Below, piece after piece: positions 36,006 through 44,939 of a stretch of 64,000 nucleotides of DNA (its first letter is position 1; every line of letters begins with the position of its first letter). The notes beneath the pieces were generated by a model. It saw only the letters and a list, made by a program, of their open reading frames with translations. It searched no databases and had not been told where the DNA came from. Source of the stretch: Thermoplasmata archaeon (lineage in GTDB: Archaea; Thermoplasmatota; Thermoplasmata; Lutacidiplasmatales; UBA184); NCBI GenBank assembly GCA_027315455.1, contig DAHUXZ010000002.1:35536-99535 (forward strand), read 5' to 3'. The translations under genes were made by a program, and so were the position numbers.

Positions 36006-37763
36006 CTACTGCCGGAAGCCCTCTTGGGTTCCGACCTCGGCCGATACGGGCGCGCGCGTGGGACCGAGCGAGGTCGCACGGCCCGGGTCCATCGGCCGGG
36101 AGGGCAGCGGGGGCGGCTCGGTGGCGCCTTCCGCGAGGTCACCGGTCCCGGCGCCGGCCGGCTCCTCCGCCGTCCCGGTCCCCACGGGCACGACAGCCGA
36201 TGCCGCCGGGCGAGGTCCGGGGGCCACCCACTCGATCGCGGGGCGGACGAAGCGTAGCCAGCGGGGGAGAAGACCCTCGAAGAAGGCGACCACCTCGGCG
36301 GGCACGGCCCGCGTGAGCCGGAGCATCACGAGCAGGACCCCGAGGCCGGCGGCCAGGGCCACCGGCAGGAGGGCGAGGGGATAGCCGAAGAGGTAGAGGG
36401 GAAGGGCAATGGCGCCCGCCATCACGGCGGCCGACGCCCAGATGCGCCCGACCGAGCGCAGGTCGATCTGGACGAAGCCGGTGTCCCGGAGCGACAGCCA
36501 GAGGACCAGGAAGGCGCCCCAGATCATGGCGGAGTTGCCGATCGCCGCCCCGTCCATCCCGATGCGCGGAACCAGGACGAAGGAGATCCCCGCGTTCGCG
36601 ACGACGGCGAACGCCGAGGCGCGGACGAGCGCCCCGGGCCGTCGCACCCCGGCCGCGAGGCTCGTCAGGATCGTGGCGGGCACCGCGACCGCCGTCAGGC
36701 CGAGGAGGATCGCCATCGGCGTGCTCGCTGCGACGAACGCGCCTCCGACCAGGAGGGCGAGCAGCGCCGGGCCGATCGCGGCGAGGGCGAGCGCGAACGG
36801 GACATAGAGCAGCACGACCAGCGTGATCGAGGTCGTCACCATCCCCCGGATCGCATCGCGCTCGCCGCTGCCGAACCGCTCGGAGAGCTTCGGCACGAGG
36901 ATCGTCGAGAACGGGTTCGTGATGATCAGGCTGCCGGAGCCGACGAGGATGGCGTAGTTGTAGACCCCGACGCTCGCGAGGTCGGAGAGCGAGGCGAGGA
37001 CGAGCCGGTCGACGTAGACCGCCCCGCTCGTGATCACCGTCGCGGCGAAGAGCGGAAGCGAGTAGGCCAGGACCGCCCGATAGAGGGAGGCGCCCCGGGG
37101 TGCCGCGGCCGCCCCGTCCGGGGCCGGACCGCCCGTTGCGCGGGAGAGGACAGAGACCAGGAACAGCCCGCAGCCCAGCGCCGCGCCGACCGTCCAGCCG
37201 AGGATCACCGAACGGAGATCGGGCCACAACGTGAGGAAGACGATCGGCGTGCCGTAGCTGGCCGCGTAGGCGAGGGTCGAGATCCCCGAGTAGATGATGA
37301 ACCGCTGAATGCCGAGGAGGATCGACTGGAGGAGCGTGAGGCCCGTCAGGAGGCCCGCGTAGAGCCCGAGGATCTCGATGAGGGAGGCGTCCGACACCGA
37401 GTGGAAGAAGAGCGCGCTGAGCTCACCGGAGAGGACCACCGTTGTCGCGGCCGTGGCCACGGAGAGGACGGCCGTCGAGACGAGCGCGCTGCGGACGAGC
37501 GATCGCACCGTGCCGGGATCGCGGCGGCCGATGTAGTAGGAGAGGTAGTGCTGGAACCCCGGGCCGAGCCCCAGGGAGAAGCACGCGCTCACGAGGGTCC
37601 CGATCGCGAGCAGGACCACGACGGAGCCGAGCTCCGTGGTCGGGAGGACCCGCGCGAGGTAGAGGTAGAAGATCGCCCCGGCCAGGAAGAAGGACAGGGT
37701 GCTGAGGTAGACCCAGGGGATGTGGTGCCGCGACCCGCGCGGCGGTTCCGTGCCCTCGATCAC
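36006..37763 (-). CDS. oligosaccharide/polysaccharide flippase (Wzx/MOP superfamily) with P/A/G-rich C-terminal tail
   Basis: 585 aa with about 12-14 TM segments arranged as in polysaccharide biosynthesis (Wzx-like) proteins. The soluble tail is ~85 aa. Confidence 0.7.
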   Translation of the reverse strand: MIEGTEPPRGSRHHIPWVYLSTLSFFLAGAIFYLYLARVLPTTELGSVVVLLAIGTLVSACFSLGLGPGFQHYLSYYIGRRDPGTVRSLVRSALVSTAVLSVATAATTVVLSGELSALFFHSVSDASLIEILGLYAGLLTGLTLLQSILLGIQRFIIYSGISTLAYAASYGTPIVFLTLWPDLRSVILGWTVGAALGCGLFLVSVLSRATGGPAPDGAAAAPRGASLYRAVLAYSLPLFAATVITSGAVYVDRLVLASLSDLASVGVYNYAILVGSGSLIITNPFSTILVPKLSERFGSGERDAIRGMVTTSITLVVLLYVPFALALAAIGPALLALLVGGAFVAASTPMAILLGLTAVAVPATILTSLAAGVRRPGALVRASAFAVVANAGISFVLVPRIGMDGAAIGNSAMIWGAFLVLWLSLRDTGFVQIDLRSVGRIWASAAVMAGAIALPLYLFGYPLALLPVALAAGLGVLLVMLRLTRAVPAEVVAFFEGLLPRWLRFVRPAIEWVAPGPRPAASAVVPVGTGTAEEPAGAGTGDLAEGATEPPPLPSRPMDPGRATSLGPTRAPVSAEVGTQEGFRQ

Positions 37764-38000
37764 GCTGGACCCTGTGCGCCCTGCTCTCCCGTAGGAACGG
37801 TTGGCATCGCTCCGGGACCCGGCGGGACTCTTGAAGCTACGCCGGGACTGGCAAGCCGCTTGCGGGGCGCGCGGCGGACGGCCCGGCCGGTGGGGCGGTC
37901 GCCCCCGAAGGGATTGCCGTCGACCTCACGCCGCCATGCCGGACCTAGCGGGTGGGGGCCCCGGAGGCTTCCGGGCCGCCTCGGCCGAGGGGACACCCGC

Positions 38001-40829
38001 CTATCCCACGTGGGGCGGGGGAGCGGAGGTCGCTGACCCCGGTCGGCCCCGCTTCCTGAGGAGCAGTACGGCCACGGCGACGGCCACCAGGATCGCGATC
38101 AGGGCGACGAGGGCGTACCCTTCGATCGCGGGCAACCCGAGGAACGTCGCTGTCGAGGTACCGCCGGTACCGCCCGAGCCGCCCGAGGAGTGGAACGCGA
38201 TCGCGACGGAGGAGGAGGTCCCCGTGACCCCGACCGACCCCGAGGCGGGGGAGGCCGTGTAGCCCGACACCACGCCGATGGAGAAGGCGTAACTCCCGTT
38301 CACCTCGGAGAACGTGATCGTGCCCGTGGCCGAGGACTCGGGCGTGCCGTTGAGGGTGACGGCCCAGCTCGTCCCGGCCGGGAGGCCCGTCTCGGTGAAG
38401 GTGACGGAGTACCGGGCCGGGGTCGGCGGGGCAGAGCCGAACGAGATGGACCGCGAGACCGGCCCACCCTGGATCGTCACCGTCCCGGTCGCCGGGGTCG
38501 GGTACAGGCTCGCGACCTTGGGGACGCTGAACGCATAGGTCCCGTTCGGCATCGGAAGGACGAGCGACGCGGACGTCGTGTTGTGGGCGGTGCCCGCCAC
38601 GACGACCGACCAGTTCTTCCCCGAGGGGAGGCCCGACTCGGTGAAGGTCAGCGCGTAGGTGGTTCCCGACGCGGAAGCCACGGAGAAGACGATCGCTTCC
38701 GTGACGGCCTGCCCGTTCACGAGGGTCACCCCGCCGGCGGGCGTCGCGGTGTAGCCGCTCACGGAACCGACCGCGAAGGTCCAGCTCCCGTTCGGCTCGG
38801 CGAACGCGACCGCGGTCGTCGTGGAGGCGTAGGTGGTCCCGGCGAGGGTGACCGACCAGGAGGTCCCGGCGGCGAGGCCGGACTCCACGAACGTGACGGG
38901 GTAGGTGGTCGACCCGCCGATCGCCGAGAAGGTGATGGAGACGCTGACGTCCGCTCCGTTCACCGTGATCGTGCCGTTGGGCGGCGACGCCGAGTAGGTC
39001 GGGGCGCCCCCGTCGGTGAACGTATAGGTCCCGTTCGGCAGGGCGAACGTGAGCGAGCTGCCCGTGGCGGTGGAGTTGACGTCGACATAGCTGAGCGTGA
39101 CCTCCCAGGGAGTCGCCGGAGCGAGCCCGGTCTCGTTGAAGCTGATCACGTAGGCGGACTGGGCGACGAAGTCCACCACGGCGGTCACATTGGCCCCGCT
39201 CACGGTGAGCAGGAGGAACCCGGTCGTTGACGAGGGGGCGAAGTACGCGGACCCGGAGCCCGAGATCACGTAGAATGTCCCGTTCGGCACCGACAGGTTC
39301 AGCTCCGTCGAGCTGGAGACGTTCTGGGTGTACGTGGACCCGTACCCTATCGCCCCCCAGGGGGTCCCGGCGGGAAGCCCGGTTTCCGTCAGGTCGATCG
39401 AGTACTGCTGGGGCAGGCTGAACGCCACGTTGGTCAGGACCCCGGCGCCGCTCACGGTGAGCGTCCCCGCGGTCGGAGCGATGACCTCGTACCCGAAGGT
39501 CGTGACGACGTAGGAGTAGCTCCCGTTCGTCTCCGCGAACACGAGGTTCGAGTGGTTCGAGACCAGAGAGATGTTGCCGGCCGTCACGCTCCAGAGCGTG
39601 CCGGCCGCGAGACCGCTCTCCCGGAACGTCACCGAGTACGTCGTGGCCGCCGTGAACGTAATGTTCACGAGGACCGACGTCCCCGCGACCTGGACCGTGC
39701 CCGTCGCCGGCGCCGGGGCATAACCGGCCGCCGCGCTGACGGTGTAGTTGACGGACCCGAGGCCCTCGAGGAAGCCGATCGTCGACGTGGTCGACGAGTT
39801 GGTCGAACCCCCTAGCCCGACCGCCCACGAGGTGCCGGCGGGAAGCCCGCTCTCGGTGAAGGTCACGTCGTAGGCCGGGCTGCAGGCGGAGGTGTAGTTG
39901 CCGAGGACGGCGCCGGTGAGCCCGTCCAGCTCGATGAAGAGGCTGCCCCCCGAGATCGAGCCCGGGGCGCAGGCGGCGATATAGATGATGTACCAGACCG
40001 GGGGAATCGCGACGAGCGAGCCCGTGGCGCCGATCGTCGAGTAGCCGTCGACCGGTTCCCACTCGACCACAGCCGAAGGGTGGGCCGCCAAGAACGCGCC
40101 CCCGCCGGCGAGGCTCCCCTGGGCCACGGCCGCCGGCGAGTCGAGCGTGACGCCCACGGTGCCCACGGGGCTGTAGCCGACGGACGGCACGCAGGTCTCG
40201 GTGTAGAGGAGGGTGGCGGAGCCGTTCGTCACGACGGCGAAGAGCTGGAGGTGGGGAAGGATGGCGGAACCGAGGGAGAATTCGTAGGAGGCGGCCGTAC
40301 CGACCGGGGCCGTGGAGGGGGTGGCCGAGAGCGTCAGGCTCGCCGAAGAGGACGCGATCCAGGTGATGGCGCAGCCGAGCAAACCGGGGATGAGGGCGGA
40401 AAGAGGAAGGGTCTCCGTAGTGGGAAAGTCGAGTCCGAGTCCCCAGCCGTTGGAGACGTTCCAGCTGGCTGCCCGATAGGACTGAGCGGCCGATTGGGCG
40501 AGCGACGCCGCCGCAGCATAGGTGTACGTCGTGACCGCGGGGGTGGGCGAGTAGGAGGCGGGGCGGGCATACGCGCTGACGTCCGGGAGCCCCGCGAGGG
40601 CGTGCCCCAATCCCGCGAACGAACCCGGCGAGGGCGCGGAGACCGACGAAGCAGGCACCGGCGCCGGCGCCGCGGCCACGGGCGAAGCGATTGAGAGGAG
40701 AGAGGGGCTACCGTTCGACCCCGGTGCCACTGGCCGGGCGGTGGGAACGACGGCCCCCCCGAACGAACCAACTACGAGGGCTACGACGACGAGGGTCAAA
40801 CCGACCACCGGCCAAACTCGAGAATCCAT
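38001..40829 (-). CDS. large surface (S-layer-like) glycoprotein candidate with seven 'ExGLPxGTxW' repeat modules and C-terminal TM anchor
   Basis: ATG 40829 gives MDSRVWPVVGLTLVVVALVVGSFGG (signal/anchor). There are seven ~80-aa repeats (VTFTESGLPAGTSWAV, VTFRESGLAAGTLWSV, IDLTETGLPAGTPWGA, ISFNETGLAPATPWEV, VTFVESGLAAGTSWSV, LTFTESGLPSGKNWSV, VTFTETGLPAGTSWAV) with dense N-x-S/T sequons. The C-terminus is ALVALIAILVAVAVAVLLLRKRGR. Confidence 0.8.
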   Translation of the reverse strand: MDSRVWPVVGLTLVVVALVVGSFGGAVVPTARPVAPGSNGSPSLLSIASPVAAAPAPVPASSVSAPSPGSFAGLGHALAGLPDVSAYARPASYSPTPAVTTYTYAAAASLAQSAAQSYRAASWNVSNGWGLGLDFPTTETLPLSALIPGLLGCAITWIASSSASLTLSATPSTAPVGTAASYEFSLGSAILPHLQLFAVVTNGSATLLYTETCVPSVGYSPVGTVGVTLDSPAAVAQGSLAGGGAFLAAHPSAVVEWEPVDGYSTIGATGSLVAIPPVWYIIYIAACAPGSISGGSLFIELDGLTGAVLGNYTSACSPAYDVTFTESGLPAGTSWAVGLGGSTNSSTTSTIGFLEGLGSVNYTVSAAAGYAPAPATGTVQVAGTSVLVNITFTAATTYSVTFRESGLAAGTLWSVTAGNISLVSNHSNLVFAETNGSYSYVVTTFGYEVIAPTAGTLTVSGAGVLTNVAFSLPQQYSIDLTETGLPAGTPWGAIGYGSTYTQNVSSSTELNLSVPNGTFYVISGSGSAYFAPSSTTGFLLLTVSGANVTAVVDFVAQSAYVISFNETGLAPATPWEVTLSYVDVNSTATGSSLTFALPNGTYTFTDGGAPTYSASPPNGTITVNGADVSVSITFSAIGGSTTYPVTFVESGLAAGTSWSVTLAGTTYASTTTAVAFAEPNGSWTFAVGSVSGYTATPAGGVTLVNGQAVTEAIVFSVASASGTTYALTFTESGLPSGKNWSVVVAGTAHNTTSASLVLPMPNGTYAFSVPKVASLYPTPATGTVTIQGGPVSRSISFGSAPPTPARYSVTFTETGLPAGTSWAVTLNGTPESSATGTITFSEVNGSYAFSIGVVSGYTASPASGSVGVTGTSSSVAIAFHSSGGSGGTGGTSTATFLGLPAIEGYALVALIAILVAVAVAVLLLRKRGRPGSATSAPPPHVG

Positions 40830-40861
40830 ATCGGACCTCTTTCGACGCTGTGCATTGGCGC

Positions 40862-40869
40862 TATTAATA
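40862..40869 (-). promoter_or_regulatory. TATA box (TATTAATA, palindromic) upstream of surface-protein gene
   Basis: Lies about 35 nt upstream of ATG 40829 on the minus strand, in the 300-bp divergent intergenic region. Confidence 0.45.
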
Positions 40870-41130
40870 CTGCACGCCGGGAGCGCCCTCGATAGTGAAG
40901 GTCCTGCCGAGGACCGAAACCCACACGCGAGGGCATCCGCTGGCCCCATGCGAGGACGGGACTTCGCGAACCGGTGAGGGCGTTGGCGCCCGCGCCGAGC
41001 GCGTCGCGGGCCCGGGTTGGACGGAGATACGGGAACGGCTCGGACCCCACCGGCCCGCCACCGCGGGCCATCCCGCACCGGGCGCATCGGTCGCCCACCC
41101 CGTAAGGGACAGGGTGATACGGAACCGAGC

Positions 41131-41694
41131 GTGCGAGTCCCTGTGACCGTCGTCGACGTGCACCTTCGGGTCCGGCATCCGTGCCCGTACTGCGACCTGT
41201 CGGTCGCCTACCCCCGTACCCTCCTCCTCCTCTGGTGCGACAACCGTCGGGACGTCTTTCTGGTCGCGAGCCCCTCCGAATCCGAGCTGCGTTCGGTCCT
41301 CGGAGCGCTTCGCCGATCGTTCCACGGGCGACCGCTCCTCCGGGATGGGCCGTCGGCGATCGTCGAGGTCCCTGACTTCGAGTGGGTCGACCGCGCCCTC
41401 GTGGCGGCCCACGACGGGGGACTGCCCGAGGTGCCCGCGCGCTCCCGCTGGTCGGACGTTGCCCGGCGCGAGGGGCTCTCCCGGTCGACGTTCGGCGAGC
41501 ACCTTAGAAAGGCCCAGCTCCGGTTGATCCAGAACAGCTACTCGACCCTCCGGGCCCGAGCGCGCGCGTCCACGAGGCCGATCCGTCTACCGGCCCTTCC
41601 CCCAGTGGCCCGGACCGCGCGGCACCCGGCGGCCCGGACGCGGCGCTCCGCCCGGCCGAGGGGGACCCGGCCCGGCCCCCCAGCACGACGTTGA
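41131..41694 (+). CDS. HTH_10 (Bat-type) helix-turn-helix DNA-binding protein
   Basis: The C-terminal WSDVARREGLSRSTFGEHLRKAQLRLIQ matches the HTH_10 recognition region. The N-terminal domain has a CPYCD motif. The start is uncertain (GTG 41131 or 41143). Confidence 0.6.
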   Translation: MRVPVTVVDVHLRVRHPCPYCDLSVAYPRTLLLLWCDNRRDVFLVASPSESELRSVLGALRRSFHGRPLLRDGPSAIVEVPDFEWVDRALVAAHDGGLPEVPARSRWSDVARREGLSRSTFGEHLRKAQLRLIQNSYSTLRARARASTRPIRLPALPPVARTARHPAARTRRSARPRGTRPGPPARR

Positions 41695-41806
41695 ACCGGT
41701 CGATCGCACGGCAGGCTCGGTCCGGTCCTCCCGCGCGGGTCGGCCGGGCCGCAGCCCCCGGTACACGACCTCCGGCGGCACGCGGGGCGGGTCGCGTTCG
41801 CCGGGC

Positions 41807-42559
41807 TCACCCGGAGGGAACGAGCTCCACGTGGGGAGCCCCGCGGCTCCGGTCCGGAAGAGCGAGATGCGGGGGGAACGCGGGTCGAACTCCGGACAAA
41901 CGCAGACCGGTGGAGTCGCGCTGGAGGTCGAGCTCATAGTCCATCATCGCCCGGAGGGACGGTGCGCAGCCCAGCCCCGGCCTCAGGATTCCGAGGACCA
42001 GGTTTCCGACCGTCCGCGCCCGCTTGATCCCCATGAGGAACATTCGGCTGGCCCTCTCCACCCCGACGATCGTCTCGAGGATCTCGAAGGCGTTCAGCTC
42101 GATGAACGGGCGGCCGCGGGCGCCGCTGGCGGCCTTCTCGGCCGCGACCATCTTCTTCATCGCGGCGTCCGGCTTCACCCGGTGCGGGACCAGGGACGTC
42201 ACGTACGGCGACTCATCGTCCTCACCCACGTAGTCCACGATCCGCACCCGCGAGTCGAACAGGCGCCGCGAGACCGCTCCCAGCATCGCCTGCCGGAACT
42301 CGTGGGGAGAGTCCCGGGCCGGGAGCACGGCGATCATGCCGCGCGATTGATAAAGGAAGTTGAGGATCGTCGGGAAGATCGCGAGGTTGCGGTCCGACGG
42401 GAGGACCGTTTCGTCCACGTTGAGAAGGACGAAGCTCCCGTGGCGGAATCCACCCTCCAGCTTGCGGTCGAGAGCCGGGATCCCTGAGGAGAACAGCCCC
42501 GGCGGGTCGGGATACGGGGTCCACACGGTCGTTGGTCCTGGGGGCGCAGCGGGTCCCAT
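41807..42559 (-). CDS. KaiC/RadA-like (COG0467) domain protein lacking the Walker A P-loop
   Basis: SGIPALDRKLEGGFRHGSFVLL matches the KaiC-like N-terminal strand. Where GxxGxGK[ST] is expected the sequence reads NVDETVLP. A TATA-like TTCATAA lies about 27 nt upstream. Confidence 0.6.
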   Translation of the reverse strand: MGPAAPPGPTTVWTPYPDPPGLFSSGIPALDRKLEGGFRHGSFVLLNVDETVLPSDRNLAIFPTILNFLYQSRGMIAVLPARDSPHEFRQAMLGAVSRRLFDSRVRIVDYVGEDDESPYVTSLVPHRVKPDAAMKKMVAAEKAASGARGRPFIELNAFEILETIVGVERASRMFLMGIKRARTVGNLVLGILRPGLGCAPSLRAMMDYELDLQRDSTGLRLSGVRPAFPPHLALPDRSRGAPHVELVPSG

Positions 42560-42932
42560 GCCGTCCGCTACTCCGGCCGTGGGTTATGAACCCCACGAAA
42601 TTCGCCTCCATGAGTAGTACATGTACGGAAGGCCCGCGCATCGGTACCGCCACGGCTCGTTTCGGACGATCCCCCCGTCCCGTCGGTGCAACACCGACGA
42701 TCCCGAACGACCGGCCAATCTCATCACGGCTCCCCGCATGAGACGAGGAGAGGGGTCGGCCGGACGAAGCCGCGAGCGGATCGTCTAGGTCACACGAAGG
42801 ACCGGTCCGCGCGGCGCATGGATCGCTGGACGGGGTTGCCTCGCCCACGCCGACAGGACGCCCGACGGCTCCCGATCGCGAAGCCACCCGGTTCGCCCGA
42901 ACCAATATTGCTGGGTTCTCGCCTTCGTCGGG

Positions 42933-43571
42933 ATGATGGCCGGGACCATGGGAACGGGACCACAGCCCCCCGGCACCGAGACCTACGATGTCAGTTCGGT
43001 GTGGAAACGGGAGGCGTCCTCTCAGCGCCTCCTTCGGACGGGCGGCGCCGTCATCGGGGCGGCCGTGCTCGCGCTCGGTCTCTATCTCTTCGTCGCGAAC
43101 CCGCTCGGTTCGGGGCACCCCAACTTCGACCAGCGGGTAACGGTGCCCTTGGCCCTCGTCGTGCTCGGTGCGTCGTTCGTCGCGATCGGCTTGGGCGCGT
43201 TCCTCTTCGCCCGCGAGCTCGAGACGATTGCCATGGACGACTTTTCCATGCGCCTTGCGTACACGAAGGGCGCGGAACAGACGTTTCGATGGGACGACCC
43301 GGGACTGAAGGGCTCGCTATATCACGCCCTGCGCGTGCCCGCTACCGACCCCGATCGGACACCGGGCTGGGTCCTGAGTTGCCGGGGGAGCCGGGGCAAA
43401 GCGTTCGTGGTCATCACCCTCGAGGCGGGGGCCGCGCTCGTCGAGCATGCCCGACGGAAGGGCCTCACGGTCACGACCACCCGGCGGGAGAACACGCACA
43501 TGGGGTACATTTCCGTCTTCGAGCTGATCCGGTTCCATCGGAACCTTCCGGCCGACCCGACGCCTCGCTGA
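42933..43571 (+). CDS. hypothetical membrane protein (2 TM + cytoplasmic beta-rich domain)
   Basis: Two hydrophobic helices (AVIGAAVLALGLYLFV and LALVVLGASFVAIGLGAFLF) precede a ~120-aa soluble domain. A TATA-like CCAATATTG lies about 27 nt upstream. Confidence 0.5.
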   Translation: MMAGTMGTGPQPPGTETYDVSSVWKREASSQRLLRTGGAVIGAAVLALGLYLFVANPLGSGHPNFDQRVTVPLALVVLGASFVAIGLGAFLFARELETIAMDDFSMRLAYTKGAEQTFRWDDPGLKGSLYHALRVPATDPDRTPGWVLSCRGSRGKAFVVITLEAGAALVEHARRKGLTVTTTRRENTHMGYISVFELIRFHRNLPADPTPR

Positions 43572-43803
43572 GCCCGGAGCAAGCCCCGAGCCACGGAGCG
43601 TCGAACCGCCCTTCGGGAAGGGCACGACCGCTTCCGGCATCGGGTGGAGACCTCTCGCGAGCGATTCTCCGAGCGGCCACCCCCGCCGGTCGGGTTCGTC
43701 GTTCGGTCCGCGCCTTCACCCGCTTCGAGGGCGGCCGGGGCGCGCCCGGCGCCATTCCCATCGGCTGGGCTGTCGCGGGCACATCCGATGCCCGGCCGCG
43801 TCG

Positions 43804-44400
43804 ATGAACCCATTACCTCCGACGCCGATGGCCCGGCGGATGAATCCGGGAAAGTGGGACCCGCCGTCCAACCAGGTCACGACCCCGGACCAGATCGATG
43901 CGGGCGCGCTCGGCGAGATCGGCCTTCTCGCCGACGAGCGGATCGCCCGCTGCTGGCGCACGCCCGCGGGCTTCCTGGTCCTGACCAATCTGCGCTGCGT
44001 CCATGTCTACCGCCGGCGCCTGCTGTTCGCTCCCGGCGATTGGCACGCGGAGCCGAGCGTCTTCTTCTACGATATGGCCCCGCCCCGCGTGCTGGGAGAG
44101 CGGTACGTCGAGCTTGCCGAGGCGACCGACGAGGCGCCGGCGACGCTCCGCGTCCCGGTGCCGAACGCCCGATCGGTCCGCGACGAGATCGCGGCGGCGC
44201 GGCCGGCCGGGCGTGCGGAGTGGGAACGCCGGCGCCGTTCCTCGGAGGCATCGGTCCGCCGGCCCGCGCCGGCGATCGGCGACCCACGCGTCGTCCACGA
44301 AGTGATCCGAGAAGTGATCAAGGTCCGCTGCAGCTACTGCGGTAACCTGATGGACGAGGGCGCTCCGCGCTGCCCGGCCTGCGGGGCCCCTCAGCGATAG
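43804..44400 (+). CDS. hypothetical PH/GRAM-like domain protein with C-terminal zinc ribbon
   Basis: GFLVLTNLRCVHVY is typical of bacterial PH/GRAM-like domains. The C-terminus is CSYCGNLMDEGAPRCPACG. Confidence 0.5.
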   Translation: MNPLPPTPMARRMNPGKWDPPSNQVTTPDQIDAGALGEIGLLADERIARCWRTPAGFLVLTNLRCVHVYRRRLLFAPGDWHAEPSVFFYDMAPPRVLGERYVELAEATDEAPATLRVPVPNARSVRDEIAAARPAGRAEWERRRRSSEASVRRPAPAIGDPRVVHEVIREVIKVRCSYCGNLMDEGAPRCPACGAPQR

Positions 44401-44939
44401 CCGCGGTGCGGCCGCGTTCGCGCATCGATCCTGCGCCGCGCGGTCCGTCGCGGGGCCCGGCCCTCTGGTCTAAAGTAACCGAACGCCATGGGGTATCCGA
44501 CCATGCCGAAGAAGCCAACGAAGGGGAAGAAGAAGAAGAGGTAGTGACCCCGCTGGGTCGCTCCTGTTGCGCATGGCCCGGGGGTTGCTTGAGGGAACCT
44601 CTCACTTCGCCCAAGAAGGCGAAGGATGTTCCCGGATCCCCGTTTTTCCCCATCGACCGATCCGCGCGTCGCCTCACCGTACCGTTCAGACCGGCGCGGC
44701 GGCGAGGTGGGTTCCGAAGGAGAGGATGCAGAGCTTCGGGGTCGCGGCGTAGACCACGAGCACCGGACGTGGCGATGGCCCACCGACGCCCGCGATCGAG
44801 TCCGGCGTGTAGACGAACTTCCACGAGTCCACGACCCGTATCCGGGCGGCGGCCCGGTTCGCGAACGAGCGATCCGGTGGGCCGCGGAAGGTGAAATGGG
44901 TCTCGCACCCGAACGAGAGACCGGGAAGGAACGCGAAGG

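Noticed and set aside
44488-44544. 18-codon plus-strand mini-ORF MGYPTMPKKPTKGKKKKR. I considered it as a possible tiny basic ribosomal-type protein such as L41e.
   Set aside because: It does not resemble L41e as I remember it. The TATA-like element is too close to the ATG. Third-position bias is equally explained by the opposite strand. It is kept only as part of the ambiguous-region finding.
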